The notes beneath the pieces are model-generated. The model was not told the origin of the DNA and ran no database searches. It saw only the letters and a list, made by a program, of their open reading frames with translations. From positions 86,898-150,897 of IMG/VR virus record IMGVR_UViG_3300005805_000047: a DNA stretch of 64,000 nucleotides; one strand, written 5' to 3'. The position numbers were made by a program, and so were the translations under genes. Numbering within the stretch: the stretch's first letter is position 1; every line of letters begins with the position of its first letter. Positions 1 to 9,800 of this stretch are shown here, one piece after another. The DNA is from a virus.

Positions 1-642
1 AATAACTCTGACACAACATCGTCGAAAACAGTTGGTCTTGTTGGAGCACCCATCCTTGCATCAGAAAATGGTCCAGTCATTACTCGTGGGTATGTTGACG
101 GTATTGATTTAAGCACTGGTTATGCTGCTGGTGATGTTTTGTGGTTGGGTGAAAACGGAGCATTTACCAAAACAAAACCAGTAGCCCCAGACCACCTGGT
201 ATTTATTGGTGTTGTTGTCCGTGCAACCAATAACGGAATTGTCTATGTAGCCACCCAAAACGGTTATGAATTGGACGAATTGCATGACGTTTCCATTGTT
301 GATAAAACATCGGGCGATTTGCTTAAGTACAACGGAAGTTTGTGGGTCAACTCCCAGATAAACCTCAACAATCTGTCAGATGTCGTGGTTTCCACACCGC
401 TAGGTAAGCAACTGCTTGTTTATGACGATGCGACATCGCAGTGGATTAACGCAAACCCAATTGATTCAACTGGTATTGCCTATAAATCCGGCGTACCAGC
501 AAGCCCTACGTCAACTGGGCAGGTTGGGCAACTAGCCATAGACGGTGTCAATGCAGTTCTTTATGTTTGTACATCTACAAATAACTGGCAGAAAGTTTCA
601 CTGAATGCTGCCAACTTTAGCAATGCCGGCGGCTTTGCGTAA
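1..642 (+). CDS. Tail fibre/virion structural protein, C-terminal part (5' truncated)
   Basis: Frame open from base 1; repeated 'LxDVxI...GxLLxYxG..WxN' fibre-type units; G/T/S/V-rich. Confidence 0.65.
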   Translation, partial: NNSDTTSSKTVGLVGAPILASENGPVITRGYVDGIDLSTGYAAGDVLWLGENGAFTKTKPVAPDHLVFIGVVVRATNNGIVYVATQNGYELDELHDVSIVDKTSGDLLKYNGSLWVNSQINLNNLSDVVVSTPLGKQLLVYDDATSQWINANPIDSTGIAYKSGVPASPTSTGQVGQLAIDGVNAVLYVCTSTNNWQKVSLNAANFSNAGGFA

Positions 643-679
643 ATTGACAACACTACATCAAGACATACAGGAGATTGAA

Positions 680-1129
680 ATGGCAAAAAAAAATGGTGAC
701 GGAATTGTTTATCACGGCTCAGATTGTGGCGAGGATTACGTTAGGTGGTATGGCCTTGGTGGCAATGGGGTGGGTCAACCTTGCGACCGCTGGCTCGTTG
801 GGCTTCCGGACTGGGTTTACAAACTGGTGCACTACTTTGATTGGAACTTTAGAGCAGAAGATTTAGCTCTGTATAACAAATCTCTTTATGATGCCTACGC
901 CGACATGGTCAGCAAGGGGGGTGGGCTACCACTCAACGGAAAAGTCGTAGACTGGAACGGTACGCCCACTCGTGTTGCAATTGACCCCATCTATGCAGGT
1001 CCTTATTTGGAGGCACGAGAAGCTTTTCGTGCGGAAGTCTATGCAATAAATGGAAACCAAGACACGAGCAACATGCCAGACTTTAGAGAGGTGTCGGTGG
1101 ATATGAATGGCACCAAAGCTTGGGTGTAG
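680..1129 (+). CDS. Hypothetical protein
   Basis: ATG at 680 after AGGAG; co-directional with neighbours. Confidence 0.6.
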   Translation: MAKKNGDGIVYHGSDCGEDYVRWYGLGGNGVGQPCDRWLVGLPDWVYKLVHYFDWNFRAEDLALYNKSLYDAYADMVSKGGGLPLNGKVVDWNGTPTRVAIDPIYAGPYLEAREAFRAEVYAINGNQDTSNMPDFREVSVDMNGTKAWV

Positions 1130-1132
1130 TAA

Positions 1133-1393
1133 GTGAAAGTCTGGATTGATCAAGACTTATGCACTGGCGATGGCCTATGCGCAGAGATAGCACCTTCTGT
1201 TTTCGTGATGCACACAGACGGTCTTGCTTATGTCAAAGAGGTAACTTGGCCCAATTTGTTTGGCCCAGATGGAACCGGCGACGGACCAAAACTCCAGATG
1301 ACGGCAACAGCCGAGGTTCCGGAAAACCTAATTGACGACGTTGTCCAGTCTGCCGAGGATTGCCCTGGGGAGTGCATCTTCATCGAACTCTGA
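1133..1393 (+). CDS. Ferredoxin (single-cluster 3Fe-4S/4Fe-4S, actinobacterial type)
   Basis: C-T-G-D-G-L-C motif plus C-terminal CPGECI. Confidence 0.9.
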   Translation: MKVWIDQDLCTGDGLCAEIAPSVFVMHTDGLAYVKEVTWPNLFGPDGTGDGPKLQMTATAEVPENLIDDVVQSAEDCPGECIFIEL

Positions 1394-1601
1394 GTCTTTC
1401 TCCCATTGGTGGTAGCCGTATTTCCAATCGGATCCATACGGACCTTCGTAAGAATCCACGGCATGCCGTACGGCAAGGTGCATTAGTCCATATGCGGCAA
1501 AGATAAAACCCAGCAAAATCATGCCCAGCATTATTGCACACTGAGTATGGCTTATCAGATAGTTTTATCTGCTAAATGTGTCACAGTGTTAGTATCTGCC
1601 A

Positions 1602-2723
1602 ATGATCAAAATTGGCAACTGTATAGATTTGCTCTCAGAATTACCCGATTGCTCCGTTGACTCAATTGTCACCGATCCACCGTATGAACTTGGGTTTATG
1701 GGGAAATCATGGGATGCATCGGGCATTGCCTACAACACCGAAGTATGGAAGCAGTGCTTGCGGGTACTGAAACCCGGCGCGCACCTGCTGGCTTTCGGTG
1801 GGTCGCGGACTTATCACCGACTCGCTTGCGCCGTTGAGGATTCCGGCTTTGAGATACGCGATCAGATTATGTGGGTGTACGGTTCTGGGTTCCCCAAATC
1901 CCTGAATGTCGGAAAGCAAGAAGGCTGTGAGCAATGGCAGGGCTGGGGAACTGCACTGAAACCTGCCCACGAACCTATTGTCGTAGCCCGCAAGCCAGTA
2001 GAAGGAACAATTACCAATAATGTTATTCAGTGGGGAACTGGTGCTCTCAACATCGATGCTTGCAGGGTTGAGTTTGTTTCCGACGATGACAAAAAAGAAA
2101 GCACCACAAAGAACCAGCACGAAGATTTCGGAACGGAACCCATGACGAACAACACCGTCTATGGCGACTACTCAATGGTCAAGCCGGCGAATTACAACCC
2201 ACCCGGACGCTGGCCGGCGAACCTTATTCACGACGGGAGTGAAGAAGTCGTCTCGCTGTTCCCGAATAGCAAGGGTGGCGCATACCCAGCACGAAGAGGC
2301 GAGGCAGTGGCGACCTCATTTGCGTCTGGACAGGAAACCGAAGGTGGATTCAGGAAAATGGGCGATGATGGTTCTGCGGCGCGATTCTTCTACTGTGCCA
2401 AGGCATCGACGGCAGAGCGAAATGCAGGATTGGAAGGTTTGCCCAAAAAGAAGGCAGACACCAGAAGTGATGTAGCCGCTGGAATGTGGAAGGACAAGAA
2501 TGCTCCCCACCAAAACCATCACCCGACTGTAAAACCAGTAACACTAATGCGTTACTTGGTTCGCTTGATTACACCACCCAATGGCACGGTGCTTGACCCA
2601 TTCCTCGGATCTGGGACAACCGCAGTGGCGGCCGTACATGAAAATCTGAACTGGGTCGGTTTTGAGATGAATCCCGAGTATGCCGATATCGCCAGACTAA
2701 GAAGCGAGCATGCTAAGTTCTAG
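1602..2723 (+). CDS. N4-cytosine/N6-adenine DNA methyltransferase (beta order)
   Basis: DPPY near the N-terminus; HPTVKP and DPFLGSGTT near the C-terminus. Confidence 0.92.
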   Translation: MIKIGNCIDLLSELPDCSVDSIVTDPPYELGFMGKSWDASGIAYNTEVWKQCLRVLKPGAHLLAFGGSRTYHRLACAVEDSGFEIRDQIMWVYGSGFPKSLNVGKQEGCEQWQGWGTALKPAHEPIVVARKPVEGTITNNVIQWGTGALNIDACRVEFVSDDDKKESTTKNQHEDFGTEPMTNNTVYGDYSMVKPANYNPPGRWPANLIHDGSEEVVSLFPNSKGGAYPARRGEAVATSFASGQETEGGFRKMGDDGSAARFFYCAKASTAERNAGLEGLPKKKADTRSDVAAGMWKDKNAPHQNHHPTVKPVTLMRYLVRLITPPNGTVLDPFLGSGTTAVAAVHENLNWVGFEMNPEYADIARLRSEHAKF

Positions 2724-2725
2724 GC

Positions 2726-3988
2726 ATGTTGCATGTCGGTAACTGTATAGATGTCATATCCCAACTTCGAGATGCGAGCGTTGACTCGGTAGTAACTGAT
2801 CCACCATACGAACTCGGGTTCATGGGAAAGTCTTGGGACTCGACAGGAATTGCCTACAATACCGAACTCTGGAGACAGTGCCTGCGCGTACTAAAGCCGG
2901 GTGGTCACCTCATTGCCTTCAGTGGTGCTCGCACGTACCACCGCATGGCCGTTGCGATCGAGGATGCAGGATTTGAGATACGCGACCAAATCATGTGGGT
3001 TTATGGATCGGGGTTCCCGAAGTCGCTCAACATATCCAAAGCAATAGACAAAATGGTCGGTGCTGACAGAGAGGTCGTCGGAATCGGTACCTCTGGCAAA
3101 ACACGTCATGTGCTCAATGCGGCCAACACGCCCGACACATTCGGCGGCGAATACGAGATAACAAAGGCGGCATCGGAAGAAGCAAAGCAATGGGAAGGCT
3201 GGGGAACAGCATTGAAGCCAGCACACGAACCGATGGTGCTCGCCAGAAAACCACTTGACGGAACGGTCGCAGAGAATGTTCTGGAATACGGAACCGGTGC
3301 ATTGAATATAGATGCGACGAGGATTCCTTTTGGCGAGGAACAGATAAATTTGTCCCGCAAGCAGCGTCAGCAGCAATTTGAGGGTGGCATAGATTTCGGT
3401 GCCAGCAGATTGGTGGGCACAGAAATACCGACCTACAAAGAAGGCGGAAGGTGGCCTGCGAACTTCATCCACGACGGCTCAGAAGAAGTTCTGGAGTTGT
3501 TCCCCGATGCCAAAGGTGGAACTTGGAACACCACCAAGGGTGCGAGACACTTCAACAACAATGGCAAGCCAACTGATTACCAAACCAAGGGACAGGATAA
3601 ATCAAACGGTTCGGCAGCTCGCTTCTTTTATTGTGCGAAGGCTTCCTCTGCAGAACGAAACCTCGGTCTGGACGAACTACCGGATCGCAGGCAGGACGAG
3701 GACGACTACGAGAGGGCAGGAACCACCAACCCGAGGAACCGCTCTCAGAAGATGCGCAAGAACCACCACCCAACAGTCAAGCCAGTCGCCCTGATGAGAC
3801 ACCTCGTCAAGCTTGTCACCCCTCTAAACGGAACAGTCCTTGACCCTTTCCTCGGATCGGGAACCACGGCAGTCGCAGCCACGCTTGAGGGCATCAACTG
3901 GGTCGGATGCGAAATGAATGAGGAGTATGCACAGATAATTTGGGCTCGGGTGAATCACGCAGAGAAATCCGTCAATGAGGATGAATGA
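2726..3988 (+). CDS. N4/N6 DNA methyltransferase, tandem paralogue
   Basis: Same DPPY...HPTVKP...DPFLGSGTT layout; conserved blocks nearly identical to the upstream gene. Confidence 0.92.
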   Translation: MLHVGNCIDVISQLRDASVDSVVTDPPYELGFMGKSWDSTGIAYNTELWRQCLRVLKPGGHLIAFSGARTYHRMAVAIEDAGFEIRDQIMWVYGSGFPKSLNISKAIDKMVGADREVVGIGTSGKTRHVLNAANTPDTFGGEYEITKAASEEAKQWEGWGTALKPAHEPMVLARKPLDGTVAENVLEYGTGALNIDATRIPFGEEQINLSRKQRQQQFEGGIDFGASRLVGTEIPTYKEGGRWPANFIHDGSEEVLELFPDAKGGTWNTTKGARHFNNNGKPTDYQTKGQDKSNGSAARFFYCAKASSAERNLGLDELPDRRQDEDDYERAGTTNPRNRSQKMRKNHHPTVKPVALMRHLVKLVTPLNGTVLDPFLGSGTTAVAATLEGINWVGCEMNEEYAQIIWARVNHAEKSVNEDE

Positions 3989-4815
3989 TGAGCAAGCGGT
4001 ACCCAGCAATAGATTTAATTAGTGGAATCGACATTGGAGAAATTCCCCCAACACCGACCGTGCGTGGGTTTAATTTAACCCTAGACAAACCCAGAAAAAT
4101 TTTATTAGAAGCAGCCAGCAACTACGGTTTCCCAATAAGTTTTACGCAAGAACAAAATGGGGTACTCATACAAAATGTGTATCCAGTTCCGAATTTGGCG
4201 ACACAACAAATTTCCTCGTCTTCCAAAGTCGAACTCGGCCTACACACAGAAACAGCGTTTCATCACTATAAGCCAACGGTCGTCCTTTTATTATGTCTAC
4301 GTGGTGATCCGAATGCCGTGACGACCTATGCCACCATTGACAAGATTATTGAACATGTAAGCCACGAATCCATAGACACACTCACTCATCCGTGGTTCAC
4401 CACCTCAATTGATGACAGCTTCAGGATGAACGGCGAAAGCGACATGGAGATTCCGTGCTCAATCCTCAGGAAGGCGACCGAAACCGAGTCGTATGAGATT
4501 TGCTACGACCAGGCCCTAATGAAGGGGGTGAATGAGCAGGCAAACCATGCCCTAGAGGAACTCAAACAGGCAATAAATAAGTCAATAGAACAAATCGTCC
4601 TCAGTGCCGGCGATTTACTGGTCATTGACAACACGAGGGCAATCCACGGTCGACTTCCATTTCAGGCCCGCTACGACGGTACGGATCGATGGTTGCAGCG
4701 AGTGCTCGCCATTGACAGCCTTCCGCCCAAAAGTCATGCCACACATTCATTGGACAAAGAGTTCCCGGCGATAGTTTCTGCGAGAGTTGAATTCGTGCCT
4801 ATCACAATAAGTTAG
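3985..4815 (+). CDS. Fe(II)/2-oxoglutarate dioxygenase, TauD/clavaminate synthase-like
   Basis: LHTE metal motif, LLCLRGD, DNTRAIHGR...RWLQR. Confidence 0.85.
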   Translation: MMSKRYPAIDLISGIDIGEIPPTPTVRGFNLTLDKPRKILLEAASNYGFPISFTQEQNGVLIQNVYPVPNLATQQISSSSKVELGLHTETAFHHYKPTVVLLLCLRGDPNAVTTYATIDKIIEHVSHESIDTLTHPWFTTSIDDSFRMNGESDMEIPCSILRKATETESYEICYDQALMKGVNEQANHALEELKQAINKSIEQIVLSAGDLLVIDNTRAIHGRLPFQARYDGTDRWLQRVLAIDSLPPKSHATHSLDKEFPAIVSARVEFVPITIS

Positions 4816-4825
4816 TATTTCCCAC

Positions 4826-5257
4826 ATGCCAAAAAGTAGAAAAATTCTCAAAAGCCCGCTTCACAAACACTTGCTGATAAACGGCAAAACCCTGACACCG
4901 CCGACATCCAAGCGCAGGTTGAAGAAATGGCTGAACAAGCTCGTCTATGACATCGGTATGTACAAAATCGGCGGCCCGTACATCAAGTATGTCAAAGCAA
5001 AGGGAAATGCAGGTCTTACGGCAGTCGTAATGATTGAGACTTCACATGTTGCTTTACACATCTGGGAAGAAGGCGACCAGCCGTACTTCCGTTTCGATCT
5101 CTACACCTGTGGACCCCTGCACCACAAGGCAGTGCTTGAATCAGTGGCGTACTTTATGGATTCACCAGAAATGGAATGGACGGTTTATGATCGAGCAGAT
5201 GGATTCTGGCAGTACGACTTTGGCAGTTGGCCCCTACGTAAATCTACCCACAAATAG
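4826..5257 (+). CDS. speD: S-adenosylmethionine decarboxylase proenzyme-like
   Basis: N-terminal HKHLLI, GLTAVVMIETSHVALHIW self-cleavage region, DLYTCG. Confidence 0.8.
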   Translation: MPKSRKILKSPLHKHLLINGKTLTPPTSKRRLKKWLNKLVYDIGMYKIGGPYIKYVKAKGNAGLTAVVMIETSHVALHIWEEGDQPYFRFDLYTCGPLHHKAVLESVAYFMDSPEMEWTVYDRADGFWQYDFGSWPLRKSTHK

Positions 5258-5813
5258 GTTTGATGTCGCACTCATAGACCCACCTTGGTCGTACTTCGGC
5301 GACCAGACAAAAGATGGCGCGGCGGCAAAGTTCTACGGCACCCTCAGCGATGAGGAAATCCGTATGCTTCCAGTAAGGGAACTACTGAACGACCGAGCAG
5401 TTGCTTTCGTTTGGGCAACCGCACCGAGGCTTGATGCGGCGCTTGATTCAATAAAAGCCTGGGGGCTTCACTACAGGGGAGTTGCATTCGTGTGGGTAAA
5501 AACCACCAGGGAAGGAAAACCGATAGGAGCCAGAGGGGTAAGACCTTCGATAGTCAAACCAACATGCGAGTTCGTACTTGCTTGCTCAACGGTACGCAAA
5601 GGCAGACCACTACCAATAGCAGATGAGTCAATCATCAACACCGTACTTGCCCCAACAAGGGCACACTCACACAAGCCGGACGAAGTCCACGAGAGAATTG
5701 AATCCCTCTACCCAACTGCCACAAAGGTCGAACTGTTTGCTCGCCGACCACGACAAGGTTGGCAGGTATGGGGTAATCAGATAAATCAAACTGCTACGAA
5801 CGAACTCGTATAG
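5199..5813 (+). CDS. MT-A70 family adenine methyltransferase (start uncertain)
   Basis: DPPW, FVW, HSHKP, ELFAR...GWQVWGN. Confidence 0.88.
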   Translation: MDSGSTTLAVGPYVNLPTNRFDVALIDPPWSYFGDQTKDGAAAKFYGTLSDEEIRMLPVRELLNDRAVAFVWATAPRLDAALDSIKAWGLHYRGVAFVWVKTTREGKPIGARGVRPSIVKPTCEFVLACSTVRKGRPLPIADESIINTVLAPTRAHSHKPDEVHERIESLYPTATKVELFARRPRQGWQVWGNQINQTATNELV

Positions 5814-6800
5814 TGGCGTGAACACCCCCACCCCCTCCATGTCGTTCCCGGAAGTCCCGATAGACACGACCTCGGAGTCACCACGACGAACCACGATACG
5901 ACCGAACACACGTTCGCCGGAAACCGAACACACGTTCGCCTCAACCAAACAGTTGTTCACAAGGCCAGATTATGGTCATCGGTTGCTTGTTTTCAACGAT
6001 TGCTAACTAACAAATGGTGCTAACGAACCCAGATAACGGTTGTCAAAAAACACAGACGAACGACACACAAAAAGAAGCACTCGAAACAGTGTTATCACTT
6101 CCGATAACACTTTCCAACTAGTTCACAACCGTCGCAACGAAACCCAACTCGTTGAGAAGTTCGTTGTCTGGTGACGAAGGTCAGTCGCAGACGAATACGA
6201 AGTCAAACGTCATACATACTTGTGTTGTTGCATGACGACACACAACACAGCATAGTGATACAACAGAAACCGAACCATAAAGTGTTTGTTGTTGACGAAA
6301 GTTTGACAACAACTTTGATCGTTGAGAAACACAGTTGTCATGGTCGTTCGTTACCCATGACAGTGGACGAATACACAAGGCATACACCTCGCATACACAT
6401 ACCCCATACCTCACACCACACAGCGAATACGTCATACCCCATAGGTGAATACAACCCGTAGGCAGGGGGCTTTGACCATAGCCAAAGTTTGCAAGTGCCA
6501 CGGGTAGTGCTACGGGTATCTACACACATTCACCTACACCACTCAGTAGTAGCACCCCACACCACACAGTAGGTAGTGAGTAGGTAGTAGGTATCACTAG
6601 GTATCACTCTGATACCACCACAACACTCGTATCTGTTACCCCTGGTTCTATGCCACCCCCACACCCACCCAACTATCCAAGTAGTGAGTAGCACAGTGGT
6701 AGCACCACAGTAGCAAGGGGGTATCTCAGTGTGTGGTTCAGCAATACTTTCTTTACTACTAACACCACCACACCAATAGTCGTGCCACAATTGATGGAAC
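5814..6800. other. Long non-coding, compositionally skewed region
   Basis: Only low-quality ORFs; AC-rich then GTAG/CAC-rich short motifs. Confidence 0.55.
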
Positions 6801-9800
6801 ATGGCACTCATAGAGAACCCTTCCAACAAGGTGCTTGACGACCAGATACGAACTGCTATCTCAGTGGTCGCCCAGCAACTGAATACCAAAGCACGACTAG
6901 GTGCTGTTGCTCAGTCCTTTGACCCCGACGCAGTAGACGGTGATGGTGACGGCTTAGTTCAGGACGGTTCACCCTTTGAGAGACCAGCAGTAATAAGTGC
7001 CGTCAGCAAGGCTTCACAACGAATAGGTCAGTTGCTTTCCAAAGCAGGTAGAAGCAAGGAGAGTAGGGCAAGGGCATATCAGCGTAGATACTCAGGCATG
7101 TCAGCACAGGACATAGCAAAGGACGCAGTGCCTGACAGTTTTGAAGGTTGGGTCGCACTCGCTTATGAGAAGTTGAGAGTGGACAATCCAGATCTTCCAC
7201 CGTTGTCACCAGACATGACACCAGATGAAGTGAAGCAAACGGTTCGCGCCTTAGAGGACTTTGTAGAAAGCGACCTTGTCTGGTTGATGACAGACGAGAA
7301 AGCGAAAGAGTTTAAGGAACTCAAAAAGACAGACAGAGCAGCCGCCTTTCGTTTAGCAGTAGACGGTGCATTTGACTTCTCGCCAGAAGCAGTCGCAAAA
7401 AACAGAGAACTACTTGAACACGTTCTCACAACGAACCCACAATACAGAGCATTGGTGGATAAGTTCGGTCACCCATCCATATTCAGGTTTGGACCCGACC
7501 TAAATAAGTCGCATCTCGCAGAAGGTATGTTCTCAGACTCAGCCGGTATGGGACTGTCGAAGATCGGCAATGTTCGCAAAAAAAGCAGACTACAACCCTT
7601 CAACAGGGGACTTGGAAAGTGGTTCATGCAGGGAATCATGGAACCAGAGGTTGGTCACAGAAAGACGAAGCGTTGGCTCTCTGACAACACACCAGAAGGG
7701 CTACTCGTACATGAGTATGGTCACTATTTAGTAGACGCAATCAAAGCACAACTCAGCGACGTCGACAATTATGAAAGAACGAAGCGTTGGCAAGCATTTC
7801 GTTTCGGTGCAGGGGCCGACTGGAAGGAAACCCTCACAGAAATCGGACACCCTGAGTGGTATGACCAATACGCCATAGAGAAACTCAAAAAGACAGAACG
7901 AATAGAGATAACTCGCATTCGAAAGGATGTGCCAGACGAACTGCCGCACGTTCTCACGGCCTATGGTGAAACAGCACCAGCAGGGGCTTGGGCAGAAGCA
8001 ATAGCGGCTCTGTTTGCCCACGAGGGTCGAAACAAAGACTTGGTTAGCCCCGGAATGGTCGAGTTGGTCAATGCCGCCCTTGAACTCCCAGAAGGAAGTG
8101 ACCCCACAGAGGCTCTCTTGCCGGCCAGAAGTAAACGTGAGATTGTCCCAGACGGCTTCGCATCGCGCGGCTCGGTCATGGCGATCAACAACGAACGGGA
8201 CTCACGATACGGCGAGATACAGGATCCATACGAACTCACAGCCGAGGTTCTCGGAGATTTGGGCAAAGACGACCCGGTTGGACAAATGGTTCGCAAGTTG
8301 GAAGCCCTCAAAGACGACCCAGAACGATGGGACAAAGTCGAACCGAAGCAAAAGGCATCAATAGAGCGCAGTCTCAACCTACGTAAAGCCAACGAAGAGG
8401 AAGCCGCTCTTCTGGCCGGCGTGTTGATCAATGACCCGGCGTTTGCCGACATGATTCGACGTCACGGTATTTCTAACTACTACTTCGCCCAAGAGGACAT
8501 GCGATTCCCAATCGGGGACGGCACAGATGACGAAATTGACATACGTGGTTCTCTGTATGCAGGTTTCACGCCAGATGAAAGCGATGGTGGACGGTTCTGG
8601 CCACCACGCATCGTGATTGACATGCTGGGACCCTCGAGCTTGGAGGAAGATCAGACGCTCGACGTTCCCATCCAGCCCGTCAGCGATGAAGAGATACGTA
8701 AAGCCAGAAAGGCCATGAACATACCCGGCGGAGTAACCAGAACACATGTGTCGAAATCGCATCAACACGTAATTCGACATGAGGGTGGACACTCGGTTCA
8801 TGATCTCCTCTGGGAACGTGTCCACCGCGGCGAAATAAAGGGTCGTCGAGCGCAACTCATCCGAGCTTACGGCACAAGCACGTGGGAAGAGTTCTACAAG
8901 GAACTTGGCCGTCCCGACTTACTTCTTGAATACCAACGCTCGACCAAAGCCGCCAACACCATGGGTTACCCAGGCAGTCTCAAACCAGGCGATGAGATCG
9001 CCTTTATCGACAGCGGCTACGCATGGTCTAACCCACGTGAGTTTTTTGCTGAAACTTTCGCTTCATACACATCGTCAAACCCGGCGTATCGAGAGTTGAT
9101 GAATGATACGGCACTCGAACACATGCAGGCCATGCTCGGCGATGCTGATTCTGGTTCTCTCGAAGAGCCGCCGTCGGTAGATCTCGACATGCCCGGCGAT
9201 ACAGATGTTCCTGAGCCGCCAGCATGGGACGGGTTCGCATCATCCGGTGGAGAGAAGCCGAAGTCTTATGGCGATGTTCGACGTAACCGCATCAAGGAAG
9301 GCAAAGGAAAGTTCTCTCGATCAGATACTTTCAGAAACACCACGACGGAACAGAAAGTAGACCTCGCAGTCCCGACAAACGAGCAGGACTACATGCTTAT
9401 GGCATGGGATCACATTTTCGAGCGCTTGGGCCTCGACTACGAGACCGTAAAAAAGATTGACCTCACCGACCCGGCAAATCCCAAGTTGCCGCGCCGCTGG
9501 AAGGGTGCGCTCGACGGTCTTGATTTCTACGTGGCCCAGATGCAACGGGACATGCCAGACTTCTCGCCAGACAAGGTCAAGGCCAATAGAGACGCTCTTC
9601 GAGCATCGCTTGATGCCTTTCCTCGAATGCGTGAGGCCGCCGAGCGTCTTGGTATGCCACCACTGACGTCAATGACCGAGGCCACCAAAGAGCGGCTTGC
9701 GATCGAGTATTTCCTTGCCGAGTCGAACGACATGTTCCGCAGCGGCAAAGTCCAGAACATCCGCAGCGAGTTCCTCGACATTCTCCCCGTTTATCGACAG

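Noticed and set aside
1602-3988. Similar MTase genes as a DGR template/variable repeat pair
   Set aside because: Differences are largely synonymous and not adenine-specific, and there is no reverse transcriptase in the window.
5818-6889. ORF-track calls in the non-coding kilobase
   Set aside because: Biased T/H/P or C/V/W composition reflects the nucleotide skew; no RBS or family motifs.
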